This document shows, piece after piece, positions 13,056-25,767 of a stretch of 64,000 nucleotides of DNA. Source of the stretch: Octopus sinensis (lineage: Eukaryota). The DNA lies in assembly GCF_006345805.1 (NCBI RefSeq), contig NC_043003.1, positions 9,300,001-9,364,000 of the forward strand, read 5' to 3'. The stretch's first letter is position 1, and each line of letters starts with the position of its first letter. The notes below the pieces were generated by a model. The model was not told where the DNA came from. It saw nothing but the letters and a program-made list of their open reading frames with translations, and did no database searches. A program made the translations under genes and the position numbers.

Positions 13056-13464
13056 CACACATACACACACACACATACCTATATATTTATATTACGTACT
13101 ATCATAATTTCACGCTCAGCGCGTTAGAATTTATTTCTGGATTCTTGATATTTTTTCTTTTAGATGCCTATGATAATATTAATGCCATAATTTAAATAAT
13201 ATCCACTTTTAATGAATAAGCTGCTGCTGCTACTACTCTTGCTACTGCTGCTTCTAATACTACTACTACAACTACTTTCATTACTGCTTCCACTAGTATT
13301 AATGATAGAGGAAAAACCAAAACGAAAACTGTCTGTGACCCACCACAACCGAATTTCCTACTCGATTCGCAGAACATACACACACCAAACAAATGACCAT
13401 TCTCGTGTGCACAGGCTTGCATGCTGCCAAACCCACGCTCATACATAGATGTATGTATATAAGT

Positions 13465-13512
<48 letters not shown>

Positions 13513-14189
13513 TCCAAGAAAAGATATACAGTAGATAGGAATCGGAAAGTGCGGATGAAGAACTAGGTGGAATAGCATGTAGGTGTGAAAGGAAAAGCGA
13601 TAATGGGGAGATGAATTGGAAGTCTGTTAAAAGAAACGAAAGATTTGTAGATAAAGTAAAACAACAACAAAATAATCCAAAAAAAAAGCAAGAAACAATT
13701 GTGATGGTGTGAAAGAGATAGAGACAAAGAGAAAAGAAATGAAAGAGAGTGAAAGAAAGAAAGAAAGAAAGAGGGAGACAGTGGGGGAAAAGAACTTAAA
13801 GTAAATGCTTGGTAAGTTGACAAGCATCGAATTAATTCGAGAGAACGTAGTTACCTACTAAGGAGACCTAACGCTATCATTCCACTTTGTCCAAATAATT
13901 CTCTTCTCTTTTACCTTATGCCGCTGCCGCTGCTGTTGCTACATCGGCTGTTGCTGCTACAATTTTTTCTTCGACGTCGCAGCCACCTCCTCCTCTCGAA
14001 CTTCTTCTCCTTCTTCTTGTAATAATAATAATAATACCAATACTACTACTTCTGATAATAATAATAATATTAATAATTTCTTTTATTCGCCACAGGATCT
14101 TCTGATGAATGATAATAATATTCTTAGTAAAAAAAACAAAAGAGTAAAAAATATAGCCGAAGCAGTTGATGCTGCGCCAACAGTTATAC

Positions 14190-14456
14190 AGTTATTGTTG
14201 CATCGTTCACATCATTATCATCATCATCATCATCATCATTGTCGTCGTCTTCGCCGTCATAATACTCATCATCATCACCACACCAAAACCACCACCGTCA
14301 CCGCTACCACCACCACTGCAACCACATCATCCGCCTCTTCGTCATCGTCGTCGTCGTCGTCGGCGGCGATAGAGTTGTAGTTGTCAGTCACCATTACCAT
14401 TGTTAAAAAATATTATATATGGTAAATAAAAGGATTACGATCGTCACCACCAGCAC

Positions 14457-14519
<63 letters not shown>

Positions 14520-14760
14520 CCTCCTCCTCATCATCATCATTATCATCATCATCGTCGTCATCGTCAAAATCAGATCGTTATTGTCATCACCACCATCTTC
14601 ATCATCATCATCATTATCATCATCATCATCATCATCATCACCACCACCATCATCGTCGTCGTCGTCGTCGTCATCATCGTCAAAATCAGATCGTTATTGT
14701 CATCGTCACCACCGTTGTCATCGTTCTCATCATGATAATCATCGACCACATCACAATCTT
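14190..14760. repeat. Compound (ATC)/(GTC)/(ACC)n trinucleotide field with an internal duplication
   Basis: Long (CAT)n runs; TCATCGTCAAAATCAGATCGTTATTGTCATC occurs at 14558-14588 and 14674-14704. Confidence 0.9.
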
Positions 14761-15146
14761 TTCTCTGCGGTGTATTCGTGATTGTTTATGCATTCAGATT
14801 ATGTTATTTTTACTTTCTATTCCTTGAATTCCTACCTAGTTCTGTGGAATGGGCAATTTAACGAACATGGGAAATCAGTAGCGTGGGTACAATAGAAATT
14901 AGTGTGAAGGTACAAGCAGGGGCACCAATTGGCACACACTCTCGCTCGAACTCAAACACACACGCACACACAACGCGCATACATACTTACATATACACAC
15001 GCATTGAGGAACAGAAATGTAGTGCCCACAAGAGCACACACACACTCCCGTATACATTCAAGGGCCCACAAAAGCACACACGTACACACACGCATAGGTG
15101 CAAATATACACACGAGCATATATGTGTCCACGTTAGCAAAAATAAC

Positions 15147-15358
15147 CTATTTCTTTATTACCCACAAGGGGCTAAACACAGAGGGGACTAACAAGGACAG
15201 ACATAGGCATTAAGTCGATTACAGCGACTCCAGTGCGTAACTGGTACTTGATTTATCGACCCCGAAAGGATGAAAAGCAAAGTCGACCTCGGCGGAATTT
15301 GAACTCACAACGTAACGCAGACGAAATACCGCTAAGCATTTCGCCCTAACCGCTAACG
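15147..15358 (-). mobile_element. SINE family A (tail type 1)
   Basis: CCCACAAGGGGCTAAACACAGAGGGGAC...ATCGACCCCGAAAGGATG...CGGCGGAATTTGAACTC. Confidence 0.88.
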
Positions 15359-16718
15359 TATATACGTGTTGGCAGTTATATATCCATTTAGAGTTTATAT
15401 ATATGTATGTGTGTTTGTGCGTGTGTGTGTGTGTGTGAATGTGTGTGAATGTGTGTGTGTGTGCATGTTAGTGAAATTTTCCGATTAGATTTTTTCTCCA
15501 TTAGATAAAGTTATTACACATCCAGAATTATATGGAGGCAACCAAATCATATTATGTTACACGCCAGCAGCCTCCACAGAAACTTTCAATACATATACAT
15601 ATACACACAGGCATGCATGCATACACACACACACACACAAGCGTATATTTAGATATAAACATTCATGCACATTTGACTGCATTAATGTGTTCTGTATGTG
15701 TATTTGTATGTGTGTGTGCTTGGATGTGTGTGTATGCAGGTTATATTTATGTTTCCGTGTTTCCGTGTATTTAATTTTATACAGGATTGTGATAACTTAC
15801 ACGATACTGCCTATGTGTTCGGATTAAAATTTAATCCGGGCAAAATATTATTTATGAATCTTTCGACATTTAGAGGTTTTAATGTATGCTTACTCGCTTG
15901 CTTGAGTGTGTTAAATATGCGCCCGTTATATTTACAGATACATGTAAATATTAATGTAATATGTATTGCATACGCTGCTACGGAATTTAAAAACCATGTA
16001 TATACATGCAATGAACTCTCACTACCCCTCTTTCACTCTGTATGCACACACACACACATGTATATGTGTATGCGTGTGTGTATATATTTACATTCATACA
16101 CATACAAGAGAAACAGAGTTAGGGAGGGAGTAAAAAATAATGGTAAGTTGTAAATAAAATAAATAAGCTTGCTGATGAGAAAATCAATAGAAAATTGAAT
16201 GAAAGCATTTGAGTATGTAAACGTACATTAAAATACGAAATAGCTTGACTAACGTCTACACATATATACTGCCATACATAAATATATACACTCACATACA
16301 CTCACACACACATGCATTTGCACACACATACATTCACGCGTGGATACACGCATACATCCACTCACTGCAAAACGCATACACCATTAACTTTAAAAAAAAA
16401 CCCAACATCCAAATATATTGGCTTTAATAATGAGTTATACGTCTCATTTATGACTAGGTGGAAGCATAGTCAAGTGGTATAATATTACTGTTACTTATTC
16501 TAACTATCCCACAAAGTTGGGAAGCATCCGTTGTGATTTGTATTCGATAAAATGAGGCGCATTCATTCTGTAAGTCTTAATGGTTAATGCGGTAATAACA
16601 AGCATGCAATTATTGCATACATGCACAAAAGAACATGCAAAGAATACAAACATGCACACACATACACCTATGTTCTGAGTGTATATATATATATATATTA
16701 TATATATATATATATATA

Positions 16719-16980
16719 TGTCGTACGCGACTGAGAGGATTTGCATCCCCAACGTAGAATTTTTGATGTAATACATGTCCTTGAAGTAGTGATTGTGCGC
16801 GGCTGAAGAAGGCCATAGACACACATTATGCATTGTTATAAATCCGTCTAATAAAGGCCCGAAACATATGTACCGCTGATTCATTGGCATCATGTTTTTA
16901 TTTTGATTAATTTACTCCACCACCTACACCATAAAACGGTATATACAGGTGCTTACAATTATCAAGTACTCACCCTGAAT
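16719..16980 (+). mobile_element. Penelope-like pseudo-LTR remnant, family P3, between (TA)n tracts
   Basis: About 260 bp of complex sequence bounded by (TA)n at about 16682-16718 and 16981-17020; contains the hammerhead fold at 16799-16876. The PLE assignment is inferred. Confidence 0.5.
16799..16876 (+). ncRNA. Type-I hammerhead ribozyme motif with expanded stem II
   Basis: Stem I GCGG(16799-802)/CCGC(16873-76); core CTGAAGA(16803-09); stem II GGCC-A-TAGAC...GTCTA-ATAAA-GGCC; GAAA(16861-64); palindromic stem III ACATATGT; GUA cleavage triplet (16870-72). Confidence 0.7.
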
Positions 16981-17022
<42 letters not shown>

Positions 17023-17194
17023 TACGGATACATATGTGTAAGTGTGTGTGTGTTAAGCACAGCCGTCACTTGCAAGCGAATATGACATTGTAGTATGTAT
17101 CCTGTTCTTGGTTATTTGACCATGTAGCCACCACAGAACACGACCACCGTCTCGGCTCTCATGTACTCAACACAGTAAAACACCGGGGATATGA

Positions 17195-17345
17195 TAACTG
17201 AGTAGGGAGAAAGCTGAACCAACCATCAGCTGAGGCTCAGTTTCAGATGAGTAGACTGAAGCGATATGAAATGAAGTGTCTTGCTCAAGGACATCAGGTG
17301 CTACCCGTTACTGGAACCTATGACCTTACGATTGTGAACCTAATG
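17195..17345 (-). mobile_element. SINE family D head/central domain, diverged
   Basis: AGTAGACTGAAGCGATATGAAATGAAGTGTCTTGCTCAAGGACA matches the reverse central domain of 49005-49252 and 24262-24556. Confidence 0.6.
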
Positions 17346-17548
17346 CACCTTTCTTTCTCACTTTCTTTTCTTTCCCTCCCCTCCCCCTCTCTCTGTATAT
17401 ATATTCGCTCAAATTTGAAATTTGAATAATGGACAACATTTCTCATTAAATACGAAAAAACTCCACGCCACACATTCAGTAGTACTCTCCTAGTTTCATT
17501 CTCATATGTATATATATATATGTGTGTGTATATATATACATATATATA

Positions 17549-17581
<33 letters not shown>

Positions 17582-17684
17582 CTGCACAAATACATATATA
17601 GATAGATACACATATATACATATGTATATCGTATTGTGTTAAGCCAAATGGAAATACCTTCAAAGACAAGCATAAACACGCAGA

Positions 17685-17717
<33 letters not shown>

Positions 17718-18258
17718 GCGAGAGAGAGAAGGAGAGAGACAGAGAAAGAGATAGAGAGAGAGAGGTTGAGAGAGAGAGTGTATGTACATGTATGTGAGTT
17801 TATGCTCGATATATATATATACATACACACAAACACAGACATAAACATAGATATATAAATAGACAAAGAGAGAGAGAGAGAGAGAGAGAAGAAGAAGAAG
17901 AAGAGGGTGAGAGAAGGAGAGAGAAAGAGGAAAGGGAGAGGGAAAGAGAGAGATTCTCGCAAAAATATCAAGTAATACAGATAAACTGAGAAAGTAAGCT
18001 GATTTGAAACTTATTATCGTATCTATCATTGGCTTAAATTCGAACGAATGTTTGATTTTTCGAAGAACGGCTGAATATTTGATGAGGGGAAAGAAGAGTG
18101 TATGACTTTCGTGTGAAACTACATCAACATGTATGAAAGAAAGATAAATATCTACGATAGTGAAACAGGGTAACTATCAAGATTTGTCGGGAGCATTATG
18201 ACATAACGACGCTTTTAGATATATATACACACATATATATATACACATACATACGTGT

Positions 18259-18574
18259 GGAGGCGCAATGGCCCAGTGGTTAGGTTAGAGTAGCGGACTC
18301 ATGGTCGTAGGATCGTGGTTTCGATTCCCAGACTGGGCGTTGTGAGTGTTTATTGAGCGGAAACACCTAAAAGCTCCACGAGGCTCCGGCAGGGGTGCTG
18401 GCGATCCCTGCTGTACTCTTTCGCCACAACTTTCTCTGACTCTTTCTTCTGTTGGCCTGCTCGCTTAGCCAGCTGGGTGGCGTCATTTGAAGGCTAAAAC
18501 AATGCGAAGCGCATTGTGATCAGCGATGTGTAGCAACATCAGATAGCCTGGTCGGTCACGGTGATCACGGTGAT
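18259..18574 (+). mobile_element. SINE family B, full length (tRNA head, RTE-derived tail)
   Basis: GGAGGCGCAATGGCCCAGTGGTTAG (A-box-like)...GGTTTCGATTCCC (B-box-like)...GCATTGTGATCAGCGATGTGTAG...GGTCACGGTGATCACGGTGAT. Confidence 0.9.
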
Positions 18575-18804
18575 ATACATTCATACACGCACACACACAT
18601 TAGTAAATATGTGTGTGTGTGGTGGGTTGTATTAAAACAGATTTTAATGATGTTGACGTATTTACGGTGAACATTAATGTCATAGCAAAACGGAATTGGC
18701 TTAAGTCTTAGTTTGCAGATAGTTTCAACAGAATAGCGCAGACTGGATTTCCTTCACACGCACGCACACACACAAACACACACACACACACACACATAAG
18801 TATA

Positions 18805-18923
18805 TATTTCTTTATTGTCCACAAGGGGCTAAACATAGAGGGGACAAACAAGGACAGACAAAGGGATTAAGTCGATTACATCGACCCCAGTGCGAAACTG
18901 GTACTTTATTTATCGACCCCGAA
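18805..18923 (-). mobile_element. SINE family A (tail type 1), 3' fragment
   Basis: Tail and core only; imperfect flanking direct repeat CACACAT(AT)AAGTATAT. Confidence 0.85.
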
Positions 18924-20313
18924 AAATCACACATATAAGTATATGCATACATGCACACAAACATACGTACACAGATGCATACACAGACAGATACGTACAT
19001 ACATTCAAACATACATACATGCAAACATACATACATATATACGTATACATATGTATACATGTATGTATATATATTTTGATTTCTTAGTCATAGTCTTCGG
19101 ATTTTAAAGAATTGGAAACCGCCTTGTATTTTTCATGATTTTCTAAGTGGTTAGGGACAACAGTGATTAAAATGAAACATTCACAAACGAAAATCTAAAT
19201 TGTAATTTGAGATCACTACTAGGATATTTACGGTGATCATCAGAGTAGTTGAAATGAATATAGATCTTATTAAAAATTTTAAAAATAGAAAACTACACAG
19301 ATCCTTTATTTTAGACAAAAATTAAAATCTGACATGCATGCCTTTCACAACAGTCTAAATTGCGTAAATTCAACAAAACAAGATTTGAAAGAGTATCGCG
19401 GTCCAAGCTTGTCGTGTTCTGCTCTGAATATGTCTTTGTTTAGACATTGTTCAAGGTTGTCAAAGTTTAAAGGTAAATGGGTATTGGCAATTCAGTATAT
19501 TGTATACCATTGCTTGTACTTTTATCGAAACGGACTCACGAAAGGCCAAGTCCCGATAAAATTTGTACTCAGAGTTTAGATGAGAAAAAACAGAAGGGCG
19601 GACCTAAAACATTGAGACATTTGTTCGACACTCTATCGTTGTTGTAGTCATCCTGATGCCTTAGATGCAACTATATTGATTTATTTTGCCTTGGCACAAG
19701 GCCAATTTTTATTGAAGTAGTGATCCAAGTATATTTATAGTACATTTATCGACTACAAATGGGAAAAAAGCGAAATAACATCATGCTTCGAACTCAGAAC
19801 ACAGAGGGTTGAAAAACTAGCAAGGGAATTTGCAATAAATTATTGTCAAAAAGGGAGTTTATGCATAGCAGAACAAAAGCCAATAAAAACACTCAATAAA
19901 TATCGTAATAAAACAACAACGGATTTTCCAACGAACACAAATCTCGACTCGATTTCAATCCCCAGCTAATGCAGTTCCGATTTATTTACGTTACTAATAT
20001 CTTTGAGAAACAAAAAAGAAAACGAAAAAAATAAATTTCTATTCTTTTCTTTTTTTTTCAAATAAAAAAAAAATACTGTAATCCATATTTTTCATTCGCT
20101 TAGTCTCTGAGTTCAAATCTGTCAATTTGTAAAATACAAGAATCAGCTTAATCGATTTATACACCTACCATTTAAAAGTTATCCCCGTCACTTGGGAATA
20201 TAATGCCATAGATAGACGTGTGTGGATCAAACGTTATGGTAAATGTGTCCGCTGATTTGCAGAAACATACAAACGCACATAGACGTATATGACACACCAA
20301 TTACACCGAATTA

Positions 20314-20377
<64 letters not shown>

Positions 20378-20452
20378 TGTGTGTGTGTTGTGTGTGTGTA
20401 CACACACATATATATATATATATGTTTGCATATATATGTATATATATGTATA

Positions 20453-20494
<42 letters not shown>

Positions 20495-21464
20495 AATATA
20501 TTATGTATGTATATATATATGTATGTATGTATCTTCATACATACACATATGCCAGTGAGTGTGTGTGTATGTGTTTATGCGTATATATATATATATAATA
20601 TATATATTATAAACAAGGAAATTATATTTGTATCTACCTAACTGTATTATATATGTGTCCAAAGTGCGCGAATACATTTAAGTGCTTACATGCACAAAGA
20701 AGCACTTCATGATAAGGAACTGACGCAGCTATAAGTTATCTTAATAGCACTCAAGTCTGGATTCACAGTTTCTTACAGCCGAAGTTGCTGTAAGCTAATA
20801 AAGATGATTACGTAACTTCCCTTCATTTATCAAATAATATATAGCTATTTATATTTATAAAAATCCCACCTGGATTCGTACATACAAGGTGACCGTAGAA
20901 TTTATATATATTTCACAGTAGTTAGTGGACTTTCTCTAAAAAACAAATCCTGTTAAACACGCCAAAAATATTTTGCTCTCCGTGAGCGCGCTGAAGTCGT
21001 ATACAGCAATGAAACGTGGGATGTGTTTGTAAACATAGGCTTACATGTAGAAAGATGCGTTCATATACACACTGAAAAAGTGCCTATTGTATATTTATAC
21101 TTTTAGATGTGTAGGTGTGATTGTGTTTAAATAAAAAAAGAGGAGTCAACACAATGGAATAAAGAAGTATTTGTAAAAATATATATATATAGAACAAATT
21201 TAAGGAGTTACATTTCCCCCAATGTGTTTGAAGCGCATATTTATATTGCTACCGTATCACACACAAGTAAAGATAGCCGGCCGATTACTTACGTTGCAAT
21301 AAAATTGAAAGCGGACAAAAGATATGTCTTAAAGAAACCATGATAGGAAAGGATAAAAAACAGTAACAGAGTTTTATATAACATAGGACAAAATAATCAA
21401 TAAATTAACATAATAGGTATTTAGATGCATAGAAAAATAATGGCTGCTTGCATAAAATGTCTAC

Positions 21465-21524
<60 letters not shown>

Positions 21525-21677
21525 ACGCCTGTCGTGTGTGTGTGTATTTACACACACAAACGCACACTCAAATATATGGGTATATGATTAATAGCCTTGT
21601 CACGTGGTTTCGGGTTCAGTTGGAATGTGTGACACCTTGGGTAAGTGTCTACCCAGTGAGTGAATTTCGAGGCTAGT

Positions 21678-21729
<52 letters not shown>

Positions 21730-21731
<2 letters not shown>

Positions 21732-21800
21732 GGAGTAAGCACATAAATGTGAAACTCCGAGTAACAGCTTTTGTTATATTTCTGCTGCTTTCAAATATAG
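21730..21800 (+). mobile_element. Family P2 fragment with an internal inversion junction
   Basis: CGGAGTAAGCACATAAATGTGAAAC (reverse complement of the P2 3' end, 25964-25988) is fused to GAAACTCCGAGTAACAGCTTTTGTT...TCTGCTGCTTT (P2 hammerhead 3' half). Confidence 0.75.
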
Positions 21801-21807
21801 TAAATAT

Positions 21808-21851
<44 letters not shown>

Positions 21852-22028
21852 GCGTGTGTGTGTGTATACGACGGGCCTCGAGAATGAATCGTAGCCCTTC
21901 TGACATTCGAAACTCCGAGTACTATATTATGAGAGCTTACTGATTGTCCTAAATTATACATATATAAATAATCTTCTATTTACCTAATATCGAGGTCTCA
22001 TTCTTTTGTTGTCACTTTGTTGTTGTTG

Positions 22029-22083
<55 letters not shown>

Positions 22084-22458
22084 ATATATGTATATGACTA
22101 GCTGTTTAACTACATGTATGTATTTGCTTAAATATAGATAAACATACATATTTATAGATATACACATATACACACACGCGCACACACACATATCACTTAC
22201 TATGTTTGTATCCGTGTATATATATATATATATATATGCAGAATTGAAGAACGATAGCTAAATAGATAGATAGACAGTCAGTCGCATATGATTGCATATA
22301 TATTCGCTTGGAGCTACTTATCCAATCGGTTGGTACTCGGAATTTATCACGTGCAGTTCTTAAGCAACCAAAAAAATCCTTAAGTTGACTGAAAAATCTC
22401 ACGTGCGAGAAATTTCGAGTAATGTCGAAGTGTATCAACTCCTGAAAACACATACGCA

Positions 22459-22525
<67 letters not shown>

Positions 22526-22618
22526 GTCTATGTCTATATCTATCAATTTAGTTATTCTAAAATTTGCATAGATTTTAGTCATCATTGCATTTATGAATTA
22601 AATATATTAGACACATAA

Positions 22619-22755
22619 GAGGTCAACTTTGCCTTTCATTCTTTCGGGGTTGATAAATTAAGTACCAGTTACGCGCTGGGGTCGATGTAATCGACTTAAT
22701 CTGTTTGTCCTTATTTGTCCCATCTGTGTTTATCTCCTTGTGGGTAGTAAAGAAA
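22619..22755 (+). mobile_element. SINE family A (tail type 1), 5'-truncated
   Basis: GAGGTCAACTTTGCCTTTCATTCTTTCGGGGTTGAT...TTGTGGGTAGTAAAGAAAC; ATATATTAGACA on both sides (probable TSD). Confidence 0.85.
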
Positions 22756-23098
22756 CATATATTAGACATATAAAACATAATATACAATCACATAGAGCAT
22801 AGTAAAAGAGGGATCGACTGGATGTTCATTTGAAGCGCCTTCATACACTCAACGGCTTTAATATCCATTGTGAAATTGTATATAATTAAATAAGGTAGTC
22901 TGAATTGAATATTTGACACATTTCAGGTATTTGTTTTATATAAATTACTGATGTACCCTCAGCAGTGCTTATTTTTCATACAAAATTTACTTCGCGGTTT
23001 CTCATGGAATAGTCGTAAGCGTCTGTCAAGGTGAAATTGTATAAACATGACAGTCATTTACGACTGCCTCTTGTGTGTGTGTGTGTGTGTGTGTGATT

Positions 23099-23131
<33 letters not shown>

Positions 23132-23152
23132 TGTGCGTGTATATATATATGT

Positions 23153-23308
23153 GCGCAAGGGTGACTGTGTGCTAAGAAGCTTGCTTCCTAACCACATGGT
23201 TCGGAGTTCAGTCCCATTGCGTGGCACTGTGGGCGAGTGTCTTCTACTACAGCCTCGGACCGACCAAAGTAAGTGTATTTGGTAGACGGAAACTGAAAGA
23301 AGTCCGTC

Positions 23309-23378
<70 letters not shown>

Positions 23379-23554
23379 GTATGTGTGTGTGGCAACCGAT
23401 GTTCGTGGTTACATCCCCCGTAACTTAACGTTTCGGCATAAGAGACCGATAGAATAAATACTAGGCTTATAAAGATTAAGTCATAAGGTCAATTTCTGCG
23501 ACTAAACCCCTTTAAAGTGGTGCTTTAGCATGGCCATAGTCAAATGTCTGAAAC
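23153..23554 (+). mobile_element. SINE family C, full length with internal (TA)n
   Basis: GCGCAAGGGTGACTGTGTGCTAAG...GTTCAGTCCCATTGCGTGGCACTGTGGGCGAGTGTCTTCTACTACAGCC...(TA)n...GTGGTGCTTTAGCATGGCCATAGTCAAATGTCTGAAAC. Confidence 0.85.
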
Positions 23555-23909
23555 GATTTATATATATATATATATATGCATGTCTTTAAGTGCATTTATA
23601 CATATGCATATGCACATATATGCACTTAGGTATACTCATATTTATGTACACATGTATATGTATGTATGTGTAAAATGTGTGCGTGAGTGAGTGTGTATGT
23701 GTGTGTGTGTGCGTGTATGCATAGGTTTCAACCGAAGGATCGTAAGCTCTCATATTAAGAAGGAACATAATGTTGTAGAGTAACTGTACTTATTGCTTTC
23801 TTGGGCAGACATTATAACTCTGAAATGAAAATAAACGCCAAATATTTACGTAAATTCATACATATATACAGACACACACTCACACACACATATTTATAGG
23901 CATATGTAT

Positions 23910-23955
<46 letters not shown>

Positions 23956-24172
23956 ACACCTACTTATATACACACACACTCATATAAGTATGATTTATCT
24001 ATACTCATATGTGGAAAATAGTATGATAAATATTTGTATGTCCAAGTACCTTTCCATTTCTCAGCTTCTCTTATTGTATAGGTGTGTGTATGTATGCTTA
24101 TATATATATATATATATATAATATAATATATATATATATATATATGCGCAGGGGTGACTGTGTGCTAAGAAG

Positions 24173-24219
<47 letters not shown>

Positions 24220-24261
24220 CTAAAATCGTAGAGACAAACGGGTCGAAAATGTGAAAGAATG

Positions 24262-24556
24262 TGATCATGTGATCACATGATCGACCACACTATTCGAGGT
24301 TGTTACACATCGCTGGTCACAATGTGTTTTACATCGATTTAGATTTTGAATTATGCCATTTCGCTGGCTAAGTGTGCAGGCTAAGATCACATCCTCGCCA
24401 GGAAGGCTAGTCCCCTCCGGGAGTAGCCATTTACAGCGGAGTGGGCCGGAACAATGGGAAATGAAGTGTTTTACTCAAGAATATAAGTCACCGTTCGGTC
24501 CGGAAATCGAACACACGGTTACTAGATCGTGAGTTCAGTTCAACCTACGCACCTTC
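24262..24556 (-). mobile_element. Chimeric SINE: family-D head and central domain with family-B (RTE-type) tail
   Basis: Minus strand: GTTCGATTTCCGGACC...TTCTTGAGTAAAACACTTCATTTCCC...CCACTCCGCTGTAAATGG...CTTAGCCAGCG...CACATTGTGACCAGCGATGTGTAAC...GATCATGTGATCACATGATC. Confidence 0.7.
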
Positions 24557-24937
24557 TCATGAATGAATGTAACCTATTTAAAAGGAGAAAAATATGCATT
24601 ACTATATACATTATGTTTCTATGTGCACGCGCAGTACATACAAGCATGGAAGCGTTTCCGCCTAATATGTCTGTCTTCGTGCTTACCTGCACACGTTGAT
24701 TACTTTCCTATTAGAATAACATCGAACTTATGAGGATGCATAAATTTTGTAGAAATTGATAGAATTCAATATAACGCAATTCTCTTCGATGATATTTTTC
24801 TCGTTAGCTTTGATATCATATTCTTTGTTCCTCTTCAATGCATGTGTACTTTCTGTTTTCAAAGAATTTTCGGTGAAGTTTTTTTATTCCTGCTTTTAAC
24901 AAAATTTGAAGCCACCCTCACCATATATATATATATA

Positions 24938-25021
<84 letters not shown>

Positions 25022-25124
25022 TATAATATATATATATAATATATATATATATATGCATGGGCTCACACACAAATCCTAACCCAGTCTATCTATCTATCTA
25101 TCCATCCATCTATCCATCCATCTA

Positions 25125-25163
<39 letters not shown>

Positions 25164-25682
25164 ATCTATCTATCTATCTATCTATTCATCTATCTATATT
25201 ACTCTCTACATATGTGTGCGTTAAATATGCAAATAATCAGTAATTTTTAATTAAGTAGCCCGAGTTATAAAAGCAGGCAGACACATCAGTTTAGTTTTAG
25301 CCTACTAAATCTTTGGACAGAAGATGACCATTGTTTCTATAGTGACGGTGTAGGAAGATTAGATCCTGTTGCTATTAATTCTATTAATTCATATTTTATT
25401 AGGCTTGTAACAGAGTTCCTAAATTCTACACCGTAAATTTCCACGAATGCAATGAAATATCCTTACTCCTTTACATATTAGCATACTGCCAGCGTTTTCA
25501 AAAACTATATAGGCCAATGAAGGCTTGGCAAATACATTAGTTCAAAGTATTTTACACTTCCGCCTTCAGTATGACCGTAACAATTTCACTTTGCTATCTA
25601 GTCTTCCAAATTGTAGGTAACACTACCTAACTCCCCAAAAATATTTGTATTCCAAACCTATACACATACACACACATATGTA

Positions 25683-25737
<55 letters not shown>

Positions 25738-25767
25738 TCTGTATATATATATATATATATATATATA

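Noticed and set aside
14105-14781. Poly-His/Ser/Ile ORFs suggestive of a low-complexity protein
   Set aside because: All frames are homopolymeric products of (ATC)/(GTC)n; no flanking domain or convincing splice context.
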